A DNA stretch of 64,000 nt from an uncultured delta proteobacterium (lineage in GTDB: Bacteria > Desulfobacterota > Binatia > UBA9968), in contig CAVUVW010000019.1 of the NCBI GenBank assembly GCA_963745035.1, positions 192,001 to 256,000 of the forward strand. Direction: 5' to 3'. The position numbers and the translations under genes are program-made. Shown piece after piece: positions 52,924 through 61,762 of the stretch. Below the pieces are notes generated by a model that saw nothing but the letters and a program-made list of their open reading frames with translations, was not told where the DNA came from and made no database searches. Positions within the stretch are counted from its first letter, which is position 1. Every line of letters starts with the position of its first letter.

Positions 52924-55360
52924 TTAGTAAGACCTCCGCTCGGTCTCGGGATTATTATTCGCCAAACGCCATACCGCTTCGGGCGTCAGTGGAAGGTCGC
53001 AGACTTTGACGCCGAAGGGTTGCAGCGCATCTTCGACCGCGCTGGCGATGGCAGCGGGCGAGGGGATAGCGGCGCCTTCGCCGGCGGCTTTTTGGCCGAG
53101 CACCGTATAGGGCGAGGGCGAAGGTTGATGTACCACTTCGACGCGCGGCGTTTCTGCCGTCGAGCATTTGCCGTAATCGAGATACGTGATCGTCAGGGGC
53201 TGTCCTTCGGCGCTGTACATGAAGCCCTCGCCTAAGGCGATCGCGATGCCGTGCGCGGCGGAGCCATAGACTTGGCCGTTGACTACATCCGGGTTGATCA
53301 CGGTGCCGTTATCGCCGACGATGAGATAGCGTAGGACATGGACTATCCCGGTGGCCTTGTCGACTTCGACGACGGCGGCGTGGGCGCCGGCGGAAAAGGT
53401 AAACTGCGCCCGCACTAACCGATCGGGGCCTGGAACGATATTCGGTTTGGCGTGGGGAAACATGTAGTAGAACGTCGACTCCAGTCCCGCTTCCATGTCG
53501 TCGGGGATGAGATGCTGATTGTTGTAAGCGATGCGGCCCAGTTCGGCGAAGGTGATCTGCTTTGCCGTCGCGCCGGGCACCTTTACGACGCTGTCTTCGA
53601 TGGTTAACGTCGGACGGCTCAACTTTGAGATTGAAGGCTGCGAGCTTGAGAATTTTTTCGCGCAGCCGGGTGGCGGCGCCGTGGATGGCGCCGATGTCGT
53701 AGAGATGAAAATTATTGCCGCTGTTCGCCGCGGCGACGCCCCACGCTGACAAGTCGCTATCGAAAGGAATGCTGGTGCTAATCTTGTCCGGCGTCGAGCC
53801 GAGAATCTCCGCCGCCACTTGAGCCGTCGTCGTCTCGTGAGCTTGGCCGCAATTGGGCGATCCGAGATGAAGCGACAGGCTGCCGTTCTTTTCCAGCTTG
53901 ATCTTTGCGCCGTTGACGCCGCCGGAGCCGGGCGGTTCTTTCATCTCCGGGAAGATCGCCATGTCGCGCGCCGCGTTGCGCCCGCCGGGCTCGACGCCGA
54001 TGACGATACCGATGCCCATGAGCTTGCCGTTGGCGCGCGCCTGCTTTTGCTCTTCGCGCACTTTGTCGTAGTCGATTTTCTCCAGCAGCGTCGACAGCAA
54101 CCGAGGATAGTCGCCGCTATCGTAAACGTTGCCGCTGATCGTGCGGTAGGGCATTTCGCTTGGCTGAATCAGATTTTTGCGCCGCACCTCGATAGCGCTC
54201 AGCTTCAACTCCTGAGCGACCCGGTCCATCATGCGCTCCCAGATGTAGCACATGCCTGGCTTGCCGATGCCGCGGTTCGGGATGACCGGGCATTTATTCG
54301 TCACCACCGCATTGCCGATCATATGGATAGCCGGCGTGCGATAAGTATTCGAAAGATTGTTGAGCTTGTTGGTGAAGTGGATCGTCAAGGTGCTGATCGA
54401 GCCGCCGACGTCGTCGTATTCATTGAAGCGCAGGCCGAGGACAGTGCCGTCGTTTTTGACCGCCGCCTCGCATTCGAACTCCTGGGCGCAGGCGTGTCCG
54501 CCGGCCATCATGTGTTCGCTCCGGTCCTCGATCCATTTGACCGGCCGCCCGCTCTTCATCGCCAGCAAGGAAACCAGCACGACGTATTTGCGAATGAGAT
54601 GAATCTTCTGGCCGAAGCCGCCGCCGACGTCGGGAATGATCACGCGGATATCCTGCAGGCCGAGCGCTTCGCGCAGGCCGTCATAAATCACTTCGGGTAC
54701 CTGCGCGGTCACCCAAACGGTCAAGCGTTTGCTCGCTGCGTCGTAGGAAGCGATGACAACGAAGGGCTCGAGCGGCGTCGAGCTGTAGCGGTGAATCTTG
54801 AGATTTTCTTTGACGACCCGGTCGGCGGATTTGAACGCTGCGTCGATGTCGCCGTATTGCAGCGAGCCGGTCCACGCCAGGTTCGTGCCCAATTCGTCGA
54901 ATAGCGTCGCCGATGACGGTTTGATCGCTTCGCGAACGTCGACGACTGCGCGCAGCGGTTCGTAGTCGACTTGAATCAATTCGAGTGCGTCTTCGGCGGT
55001 ACCCCGGTCGCGCGCAGCAACCGCGCCGATGGGCTCGCCGACGTAGCGCACTTTCTCAATGGCGCCGGCGTACTCATCGATGGGCCGCTTCAAGCCGGCG
55101 GCATAGCGGCCGGGCTTGAACGGTTTGGTGAGCTGCTTGACGTCGGTCGGCGTGATCACCGCCATGACGTTCGGATTCTTGAGCGCCTCGGAAGGATCGA
55201 CCGCGTTGATCTTCGCGTGCGCGTGCGGGCTCCGCACGATCATCGCCTGAAGCATGCCCTGGCAAGGGTGAAGTCGTCGGTGTAAAGACCGCGGCCGGTG
55301 ACGTGACGCGGACCTTCCTTGCTGCGGACTGCGCGCGCCGATGAATTTTTTCTCAGCCAT
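52924..55360 (-). CDS. CoxL/xanthine dehydrogenase-family molybdoprotein (frameshifts)
   Basis: VRSPHAHA, DVGGGFGQK, PNRGIGKP, YDSGDY, GQAHETT, GQKAAGEG. Confidence 0.9.
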
Positions 55361-55377
55361 AAATGATACCTTACGAA

Positions 55378-55523
55378 GAAATTCGAAATTCGAATATCGA
55401 AATCCGAAACAAAAGAAAGAAATCAAAACCAAATTACAAATCATTCGAAAACGGTGCCAGTTTGGAACTTTTGAAATTTCTTGAGCATTCGAATTTGTTT
55501 CGGATTTCGAATTTCGAGCTTCG
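55378..55523. repeat. TTCGAAA heptamer inverted element inside a molybdoenzyme operon
   Basis: aattcgaaattcgaatatcgaaatccgaaac ... gtttcggatttcgaatttcgagcttcg. Confidence 0.85.
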
Positions 55524-56006
55524 GTTCTTATCTTCCGCGGCTTTTTGCTTCTCCGCCGCTTCTTTCACCGCTTCAACGATCTGCACATAGCCCGTGCACA
55601 TGCAGAGATTGCCGGCGAGCGCCTTGCGGATTTCCGGCTCGGACGGATCGGGATTGTTTGCAAGCAGCGCGTGACTGGTCATCACCATGCCCGGCGTGCA
55701 GTAGCCGCATTGAAACGCGTAGTTCTTGACGAACGCTTGCTGAATCGGGCTTAGCTCGCCGTCCTTGGCGAGGCCCTCAATCGTAGTGATTTCGCGGCCG
55801 TCCGCCTGCACGGCGAAATGAAGACACGACTTCACGACTTTGCCGTCGAGGAGCACGGAGCAGGCGCCGCACTCGCCGACGACGCAGCCGACGTGGGTAC
55901 CGGTAAGCCCGATGGCTTCGCGCAGAAAATGCGCGAGCAGAATGCGCGGCTCGACGTCTTCTTGATAGAGCCGGCCGTTGATGGTGACCTGGATCGTTTG
56001 TTTCAT
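55434..56006 (-). CDS. CoxS-family (2Fe-2S) subunit
   Basis: GCVVGECGAC, QCGYCTPG, GNLCMCTGY; tail reads into the repeat. Confidence 0.9.
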   Translation of the reverse strand: MKQTIQVTINGRLYQEDVEPRILLAHFLREAIGLTGTHVGCVVGECGACSVLLDGKVVKSCLHFAVQADGREITTIEGLAKDGELSPIQQAFVKNYAFQCGYCTPGMVMTSHALLANNPDPSEPEIRKALAGNLCMCTGYVQIVEAVKEAAEKQKAAEDKNRSSKFEIRNKFECSRNFKSSKLAPFSNDL

Positions 56007-56279
56007 GAAAAGCAACCATAACGGTTGCATGAAAATGGGTCAAGCAAGTGCGCCCGGTCAGGGCTGACGGATCATTTTGGTGCTTTGATGAGTGAAGCCG
56101 TTCGACTACAAACCGTTTGAACTATTTGAACGCGTAAATCGGCTTCGCGCGCCTCTCGATTTTGGAAAATATGCAATTCGTGAAAGAAATGCGAAAAACC
56201 ATGTAGTATACTCATGCTAGTTGGAGTGGAGAGGGTTAAAAATGTTTCAATCCGATTGTTGAAAGTCGGGAGAATCGCA

Positions 56280-57644
56280 ATGACGAAGATCTCTGCTAAC
56301 GTGCTCGAAGCCGTCGGTAACACTCCGGTCGTCCGTCTAAACCATATTGCCGCCGGAATTTCCGCGACGGTTTGTGTCAAACTCGAGGCGTCCAATCCGG
56401 GAAGGAGCGTTAAGGATAGAATCGCGCTCGCGGTGGTTGAGGATGCGGAGAGGAAGGGATTACTCAAGCCGGGAGGCACGATCGTTGAGCCTACTTCGGG
56501 GAACATGGGCGTCGCGCTGGCGATTGTCGCTGCAGTGAAGGGTTACAAGTGTATCTTTACGATTCCGGACAAAATGAGCATCGAAAAAATTCGCCGGTTG
56601 CGGGCTTTCGGCGCAGAGGTGGTCGTGACTCCCACGGCGGTGCCGCCGGAATCCTCCCAGTCCTACTATTCGGTTGCCAAACGTCTCGCCGACGAGATCC
56701 CGGGTGCCTATATGCCCATGCAGTACGATAATCTCGCGAACCGGGAGGCTCATTACGCCTCCACGGGTCCGGAGATTTGGGATCAGACCGACGGCAAGAT
56801 CACACACTTTGTCGCCGGGATTGGCACCGCAGGGACAATCTCGGGAACTGCCAAATACCTGAAAGAAAAAAATCCGCAGTGCACGGTTATCGGAGTCGAT
56901 CCCGAGGGATCGATCCTCGCGAAGGCTTTCAAGCGCGAGAAATGGTCATGGAGCGACTCACATCCTTACAAAGTCGAAGGGATTGGCGAGGACTTTGTGC
57001 CGAAGAACCTGCTCATCGAATACATCGACGACGTGGTAACGGTTTCCGACCGCGACTCGTTTCTGATGGGCAGGCGGCTTACGCGGGAGGAGGGCCTCTT
57101 CTGTGGCGGATCTTCCGGTTCGGCCGTTGCGGGCGCGCTTGAATACGCCCGGGAGCGGCAGCTCGGCAAGGACAACCTCGTCGTCGTCTTACTTCCCGAC
57201 GCGGGCGAAATTTATCTTTCGAAGATGTACTCCGATGAATGGATGAGGCAAAACCAGTTTCTTGGAAAAAGCGCCCGGGTGGGCGACATTCTCCAATCGA
57301 AGCGGCGGAAACTCCCCGAGCTTCTGTCGGTCGAGACAACAGCCGTCGTGCGCGATGCGATCACAACCATGAACCGATTCGGTGTCTCGCAACTCCCGGT
57401 GTTCGATAAGGGGAATCTTATCGGGTCGCTATGCGAGAGCGTACTCTTTCAGAGATCTATGGAGAGTCCCGAGGTGATGGATCTTACCGTTGGAGCTCTG
57501 CTCGAGCCGCCGTTTCCCACGATCGGGCCGGACGAAGACGTCTATGAGGTCGTGCAGCTCCTCAAGTCTTCCCCCGCTGTTCTCGTCCGCGACGCGGAGA
57601 AGTACCAGGGAATCGTGACACGGTTCGACGTCGTCGGTCACTAG
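56280..57644 (+). CDS. cbs: Cystathionine beta-synthase with C-terminal CBS domains
   Basis: NPGRSVKDR PLP lysine, EPTSGN, GIGTAGT, YKVEGIGEDF, SQLPV. Confidence 0.85.
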   Translation: MTKISANVLEAVGNTPVVRLNHIAAGISATVCVKLEASNPGRSVKDRIALAVVEDAERKGLLKPGGTIVEPTSGNMGVALAIVAAVKGYKCIFTIPDKMSIEKIRRLRAFGAEVVVTPTAVPPESSQSYYSVAKRLADEIPGAYMPMQYDNLANREAHYASTGPEIWDQTDGKITHFVAGIGTAGTISGTAKYLKEKNPQCTVIGVDPEGSILAKAFKREKWSWSDSHPYKVEGIGEDFVPKNLLIEYIDDVVTVSDRDSFLMGRRLTREEGLFCGGSSGSAVAGALEYARERQLGKDNLVVVLLPDAGEIYLSKMYSDEWMRQNQFLGKSARVGDILQSKRRKLPELLSVETTAVVRDAITTMNRFGVSQLPVFDKGNLIGSLCESVLFQRSMESPEVMDLTVGALLEPPFPTIGPDEDVYEVVQLLKSSPAVLVRDAEKYQGIVTRFDVVGH

Positions 57645-57657
57645 GTGGACAGTCCTG

Positions 57658-58825
57658 ATGGCACGGAAAAACGGGCGACGAGTCCAGGCAATTTGCCACG
57701 CGCGCGATTCACGCCGGACAAGAACCCGAGCCCGCAACCGGAGCGATCACCGTTCCGATCTATCAGACCAGCACTTTCGCGCAGAGCGCGCCCGGCATCC
57801 ATAAAGGGTACGACTACTCGAGGACCGACAATCCGACGCGCAGCGCGCTCCAGACGGCGCTCGCGAGCTTGGAGTCGGCCGAATTCTGCCTCGCCTTCTC
57901 CTCCGGTATGGGCGCCGCGACTACCGCGATGCTCCTGCTCAAAAGGGGCGATCACGTGGTCTCCTCGCGCGACGTTTACGGCGGCACCTACCGGCTCTTC
58001 AGGGCGATACTGGAAAACTTCGGGCTCACGTTTTCCTTCGTCGAAACTTCCAACGTCAGAGAAATCGAGCGCGCCATGACTCGGCGCACCCGCCTTGTCT
58101 GGATCGAGTCGCCGACTAACCCGCTGCTCCGGATCACCGACATCAAGACGGCGGCGAAAATTGCCCACCGCCACGGCGCGCTCTGTCTCGTCGATAACAC
58201 CTTCGCGTCGCCGGTCTTCCAGCGGCCGCTCGAGCTCGGCGCCGATCTCGTCCTTCACTCGACGACAAAGTACCTGGCGGGGCACGCAGACGTAGTCGGG
58301 GGAGCCATCTGTCTCAATGAATCCTCACTCTATAAGCGGCTCAAGTTCCTGCAAAATGCCGCCGGCGCGACGCCTTCTCCCTTCGATTGCTTTCTTACGC
58401 TGCGAGGAATCAAGACTTTGGCATTGCGCATGCGGGAGCATGAAAAGAACGCGACGCAGATCGCGCAGTTCCTGCAGGACCACGCGCGCGTGCGACGGGT
58501 CTACTATCCCGGGCTCGACAATCACCCGGGCCATGATGTCGCGGCCGCCCAAATGGGCGGCTTCAGCGGGATCGTTTCGTTCGAGGTGAAAGGAGGGCTC
58601 GCGGAAGCGCGCCGCGTTCTAGCGCGTCTGCGCCTCTTCAAAATCGCCGAGAGTCTCGGCGGCGTCGAGTCGCTCGTCGAGTTGCCCGCCGTCATGACCC
58701 ACGCCTCGATTCCCAAACAAGAGCGCAAGAAGGCGGGACTCGATGACGGACTGATCCGTTTGTCAGTGGGAATCGAGGGTTTGCAGGATCTTCTTGAGGA
58801 TCTGAAGCGAGGACTGGGCCGGTAA
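57658..58825 (+). CDS. Cystathionine gamma-lyase/synthase (Cys/Met PLP family; frameshift near the start)
   Basis: YSRTDNPTR, FSSGM, ESPTNP, VDNTF, HSTTKYLAGH, AESLGGVESL, IRLSVGIE. Confidence 0.9.
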
Positions 58826-58900
58826 CTCGGTTTCCCGCTCAATAACCCACGCCAGTTCGTACCTCATCAACTTCGGAACCAGCAGCCCATGCCACGGAAT

Positions 58901-58948
58901 TTGACGTCCCGAGAGAAGGAGCATACACTATGTAGTGATATCACTACA
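58901..58948 (+). promoter_or_regulatory. Sigma70 promoter and palindromic operator of the TA module
   Basis: TTGACG-17bp-TACACT, then perfect 18-bp palindrome TGTAGTGATATCACTACA at 58931-58948. Confidence 0.8.
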
Positions 58949-58964
58949 AATTAGGGAGATCGAT

Positions 58965-59249
58965 ATGCGTATGGGATTGAGAGAAGCTAACCAGAGTTTC
59001 TCTAAGGCGATGAAAGCGGTGAGGCAGGGCAAGGAGGTGGTGTTGACCGAGCGGGGAAAGCCGATCGCGGTCATCAAGCCGCTTGAAACCAAGGAAGATC
59101 AAGAAGCGATCATTCGCCGTCTGGAGGCGGAGGGACTGCTGCGTCCGGCTCTGAAGCGAGGACCCATGCCAAAGCCAACCTGGAAGGCAATTCGTGTCAA
59201 AGGCAAACCCATGTCGCAGACGATCAGCGAGGAGCGTAACGAGCGGTGA
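58965..59249 (+). CDS. Phd/YefM-family antitoxin
   Basis: MRMGLREANQSFSKAMKAVRQGKEVVLTERGKPIAVIKP. Confidence 0.9.
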   Translation: MRMGLREANQSFSKAMKAVRQGKEVVLTERGKPIAVIKPLETKEDQEAIIRRLEAEGLLRPALKRGPMPKPTWKAIRVKGKPMSQTISEERNER

Positions 59250-59680
59250 CGTTCGCCTATTTCGACACTAGCGCTTTAATCAAGCGATACGTAAGGGAGC
59301 CGGGATCTGCTCGGGTTGTGTCCTTGTTGCGTCGGCACGACTTACTGTCTTCGGCGATCACCCCCGTCGAAATCATGTCCGCCTTGGGAAGACGTCGACG
59401 CGATAGAGAGCTGTCCGAGGAAGCCTTTGTTGTGACACTGAGCAGAATTCGGAGTGAACGCAGCCGCTGGGAATTGGTCGAGGTGGGCGAGACGGTCTTG
59501 AGTCAGGCCGAAGAGATTGTTCAGGGGACGGTGCCGATGAGAACTTTGGATGCGATTCATGTCGCGTCGTTGATTGCATGTCAAACCGCCGCGGGTCTCC
59601 GCATCCCATTCGTAACCGGCGATGGTCGCCAGCGAGACGTGGGGTTACTTCTCGGCCTAGAGATCATTTGGATTGGGTAG
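59246..59680 (+). CDS. vapC: VapC PIN-domain toxin
   Basis: YFDTSALIKRY, E, RTLDAIHVASL, FVTGD; GTGA overlap with the antitoxin. Confidence 0.9.
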   Translation: MTFAYFDTSALIKRYVREPGSARVVSLLRRHDLLSSAITPVEIMSALGRRRRDRELSEEAFVVTLSRIRSERSRWELVEVGETVLSQAEEIVQGTVPMRTLDAIHVASLIACQTAAGLRIPFVTGDGRQRDVGLLLGLEIIWIG

Positions 59681-59692
59681 CAGGCTGTGACA

Positions 59693-59852
59693 TCGAGTCC
59701 CTCGTCGACTGCCCGCCGTCATGACCTACGCCTCGATTCCCAAACAAGAGCGTAAGAAGGCGGGACTCGAAGACGGCCTGACCCGTTTGTCAGTGGGAAT
59801 CGAGGGTTTGCAGGATCTTCTTGAGGATCTGAAGCGAGGACTGGGGCGGTAA
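59693..59852 (+). repeat. Direct repeat: duplicated 3' end of the cystathionine gamma-lyase gene (copy of 58665-58825)
   Basis: Hand alignment: about 8 substitutions and 1 indel over ~160 bp; homology ends one base after the TAA. Confidence 0.95.
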
Positions 59853-60210
59853 CAGGGAACGGAGATCGTCCGAACCGTAAATGCGTTTCCGATTCCACGG
59901 GACCAGCATCTGACGAAAACGATGAAGTCCCTGGCGGTTTCTATGATAGTCAAGCATCATGAAAGATGATATTGATTGTTATGTTTGATCAGCTAACGCT
60001 TCAGTATTGCGACGCGCCCGATCCGCACCGCCCGAAGAATAAGAACTAAATGCAGCCATTAGAGCGAAGTTGTCGGCCAAATTGAAGGCTTACCGCGCTT
60101 CAACGAAATCCGGCAAGAAGTAGTTGATCGACACCTTCGAAATCTTTTTGATCCGTAAGGCATCGCGCTAGGTAATCGCAGTTCGACTAAACATCAACCC
60201 GAGCCATCCT

Positions 60211-60720
60211 ATGGCGACTATGCGACGGTACGATGAAGATCTTCGGTCTGTTGGCCAAGCGCTCGAAGCCAGAGACATTATCGACTTTGAGCTAAAACTG
60301 CTTGCGGACTCATATGTTATCGACGGTATGCTTGAGGAGGGCAGATCGAGGCGCTCGAAAGTGCGCCAATGGCTGTGGCGATTGCGTGGCCGTTCCACTC
60401 ACGGACCAATAATTTTCCAACTGGCAGAGGTTGAGCGGTTATCCCAAGCTGGACGAGCGAAGCGCTCTAACCCTGGGCAGGTTACGAATTTTCGCAATGT
60501 TTCGAATATCCTGCGCACCATAGGCGCCTACCTCAAGGCAAACGAACTAGAGTTGGTTGAGATTCAGAAAAGACGAGTTTCGGTTACACTATCTTACCTA
60601 GATGCGGCACGCCAGAAACGAGAAGAACTCCGTACGATAGCTTCTTTCTATAGACTCTTTCTTGAACTTTGCGAGAAACGGGGTCAGGTGGAACCAACCC
60701 CGCGCCAGTCAAGAAGTTAG
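60211..60720 (+). CDS. Hypothetical protein with two internal similar segments
   Basis: DLRSVGQALE vs ILRTIGAYLK; lower GC. Confidence 0.6.
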   Translation: MATMRRYDEDLRSVGQALEARDIIDFELKLLADSYVIDGMLEEGRSRRSKVRQWLWRLRGRSTHGPIIFQLAEVERLSQAGRAKRSNPGQVTNFRNVSNILRTIGAYLKANELELVEIQKRRVSVTLSYLDAARQKREELRTIASFYRLFLELCEKRGQVEPTPRQSRS

Positions 60721-60832
60721 TTCCAAATTTGGCTTTCCTCTTTGGCTTAAGCCGGGTCCAAAATCTGCGTTCAATTTTAGCAGGGTGTGTTACGGGTTGG
60801 CCACGGGGTATGGTCTTTTGAAATTTTCCGGA

Positions 60833-61693
60833 TCAACCCGCGCGTTGGAGTGCTTCCTGAGCGGCGCGACGGACGAGGACTTTCACTAAATCGAGCTTGT
60901 ATTCCGCGGAGCCGCGGTTGTCGTCTGTGGGGTCGCATTCGCTCGCAGCGACCTCGCCCATTTCTCGCAGCGTGTCCTCCGTGATCGCCTTTCCGCGCAG
61001 AACTTCCTCGGCTTTTCTTGCGCGCACGATAGTTGAAGCGACGGAGTTGAGGCCGATGCGAATATCATCGCAAGCGCCGTTATTTGCTTTCAAGGTGAGC
61101 GCGACGCCGACCGTGGCGAAATCTTCAATGCTCCGTGGCGTGAATTTGATATGCGACCAGCCCGGCCGCTCCGGCGGCGGCACACGGATCTCCGTCAACA
61201 ACTCACCGGTCTCGAGCGCGGTCTGGTAATAGTCGACGAAAAATTCGTCCAATTTTAGGGCGCGCTGCCCCTTGCTGCTCGTGAGTGTGACTTCCGCGTC
61301 AAGCGCAATCAGGCTCGCGCCCGGATCGGTCAGGGGGTCGCCGGCGGCGAGATTGCCGCCAACGGTGCCCATATTACGAATGCGCGGCTGGGCCACTTTG
61401 CGGAAAGTTTCGTGAAGCAGGGGGTAGTGCTTTTTCACCGCCGGCGAAAGCTCGATGTCGCGATGGCGTGCGCCGGCGCCGATACGCAGGCCGTCCTTGG
61501 CGTTGAAGCTAATCTTGTCGAATTTCGGAATGCGCCCCAGGCTGATCACGACCTTCGGCATGAGGAGCCGCTGGCGCATCATGATGAGCAATGAAGTCCC
61601 GCCGGCAATCACGCGCGCGTCGTCGCCGTGCTTTTCCATCAAGCTAAAAGCTTTTTTGAGGCTCGTCGGTTCCTGGTAGTCGAAGCGAATCAT
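60833..61693 (-). CDS. CoxM-family FAD subunit
   Basis: IAGGTSLL, IRNMGTVGGNLAAGDP, RGSAEYK. Confidence 0.95.
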   Translation of the reverse strand: MIRFDYQEPTSLKKAFSLMEKHGDDARVIAGGTSLLIMMRQRLLMPKVVISLGRIPKFDKISFNAKDGLRIGAGARHRDIELSPAVKKHYPLLHETFRKVAQPRIRNMGTVGGNLAAGDPLTDPGASLIALDAEVTLTSSKGQRALKLDEFFVDYYQTALETGELLTEIRVPPPERPGWSHIKFTPRSIEDFATVGVALTLKANNGACDDIRIGLNSVASTIVRARKAEEVLRGKAITEDTLREMGEVAASECDPTDDNRGSAEYKLDLVKVLVRRAAQEALQRAG

Positions 61694-61699
61694 GTGGTC

Positions 61700-61730
61700 A
61701 TTTTGGATTTTGGATTTTAGATTTTGGATT
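61700..61730. repeat. TTTTGGA heptamer tandem repeat
   Basis: attttggattttggattttagattttggatt. Confidence 0.75.
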
Positions 61731-61762
61731 CGGGCCCAGTAAGTCTGCGTTGAACATTACCG

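Noticed and set aside
52062-56006. Aerobic CO dehydrogenase
   Set aside because: The large subunit lacks AYRCSFR (form I) and AYRGAGR (form II); it has PNRGIGKP
56030-56280. SAM riboswitch upstream of cbs
   Set aside because: No recognisable S-box consensus by eye; an Rfam scan is needed to exclude it
615-57700. Programmed ribosomal frameshifting in split genes
   Set aside because: Too many unrelated genes are affected and there is no consistent slippery site; assembly error is more likely
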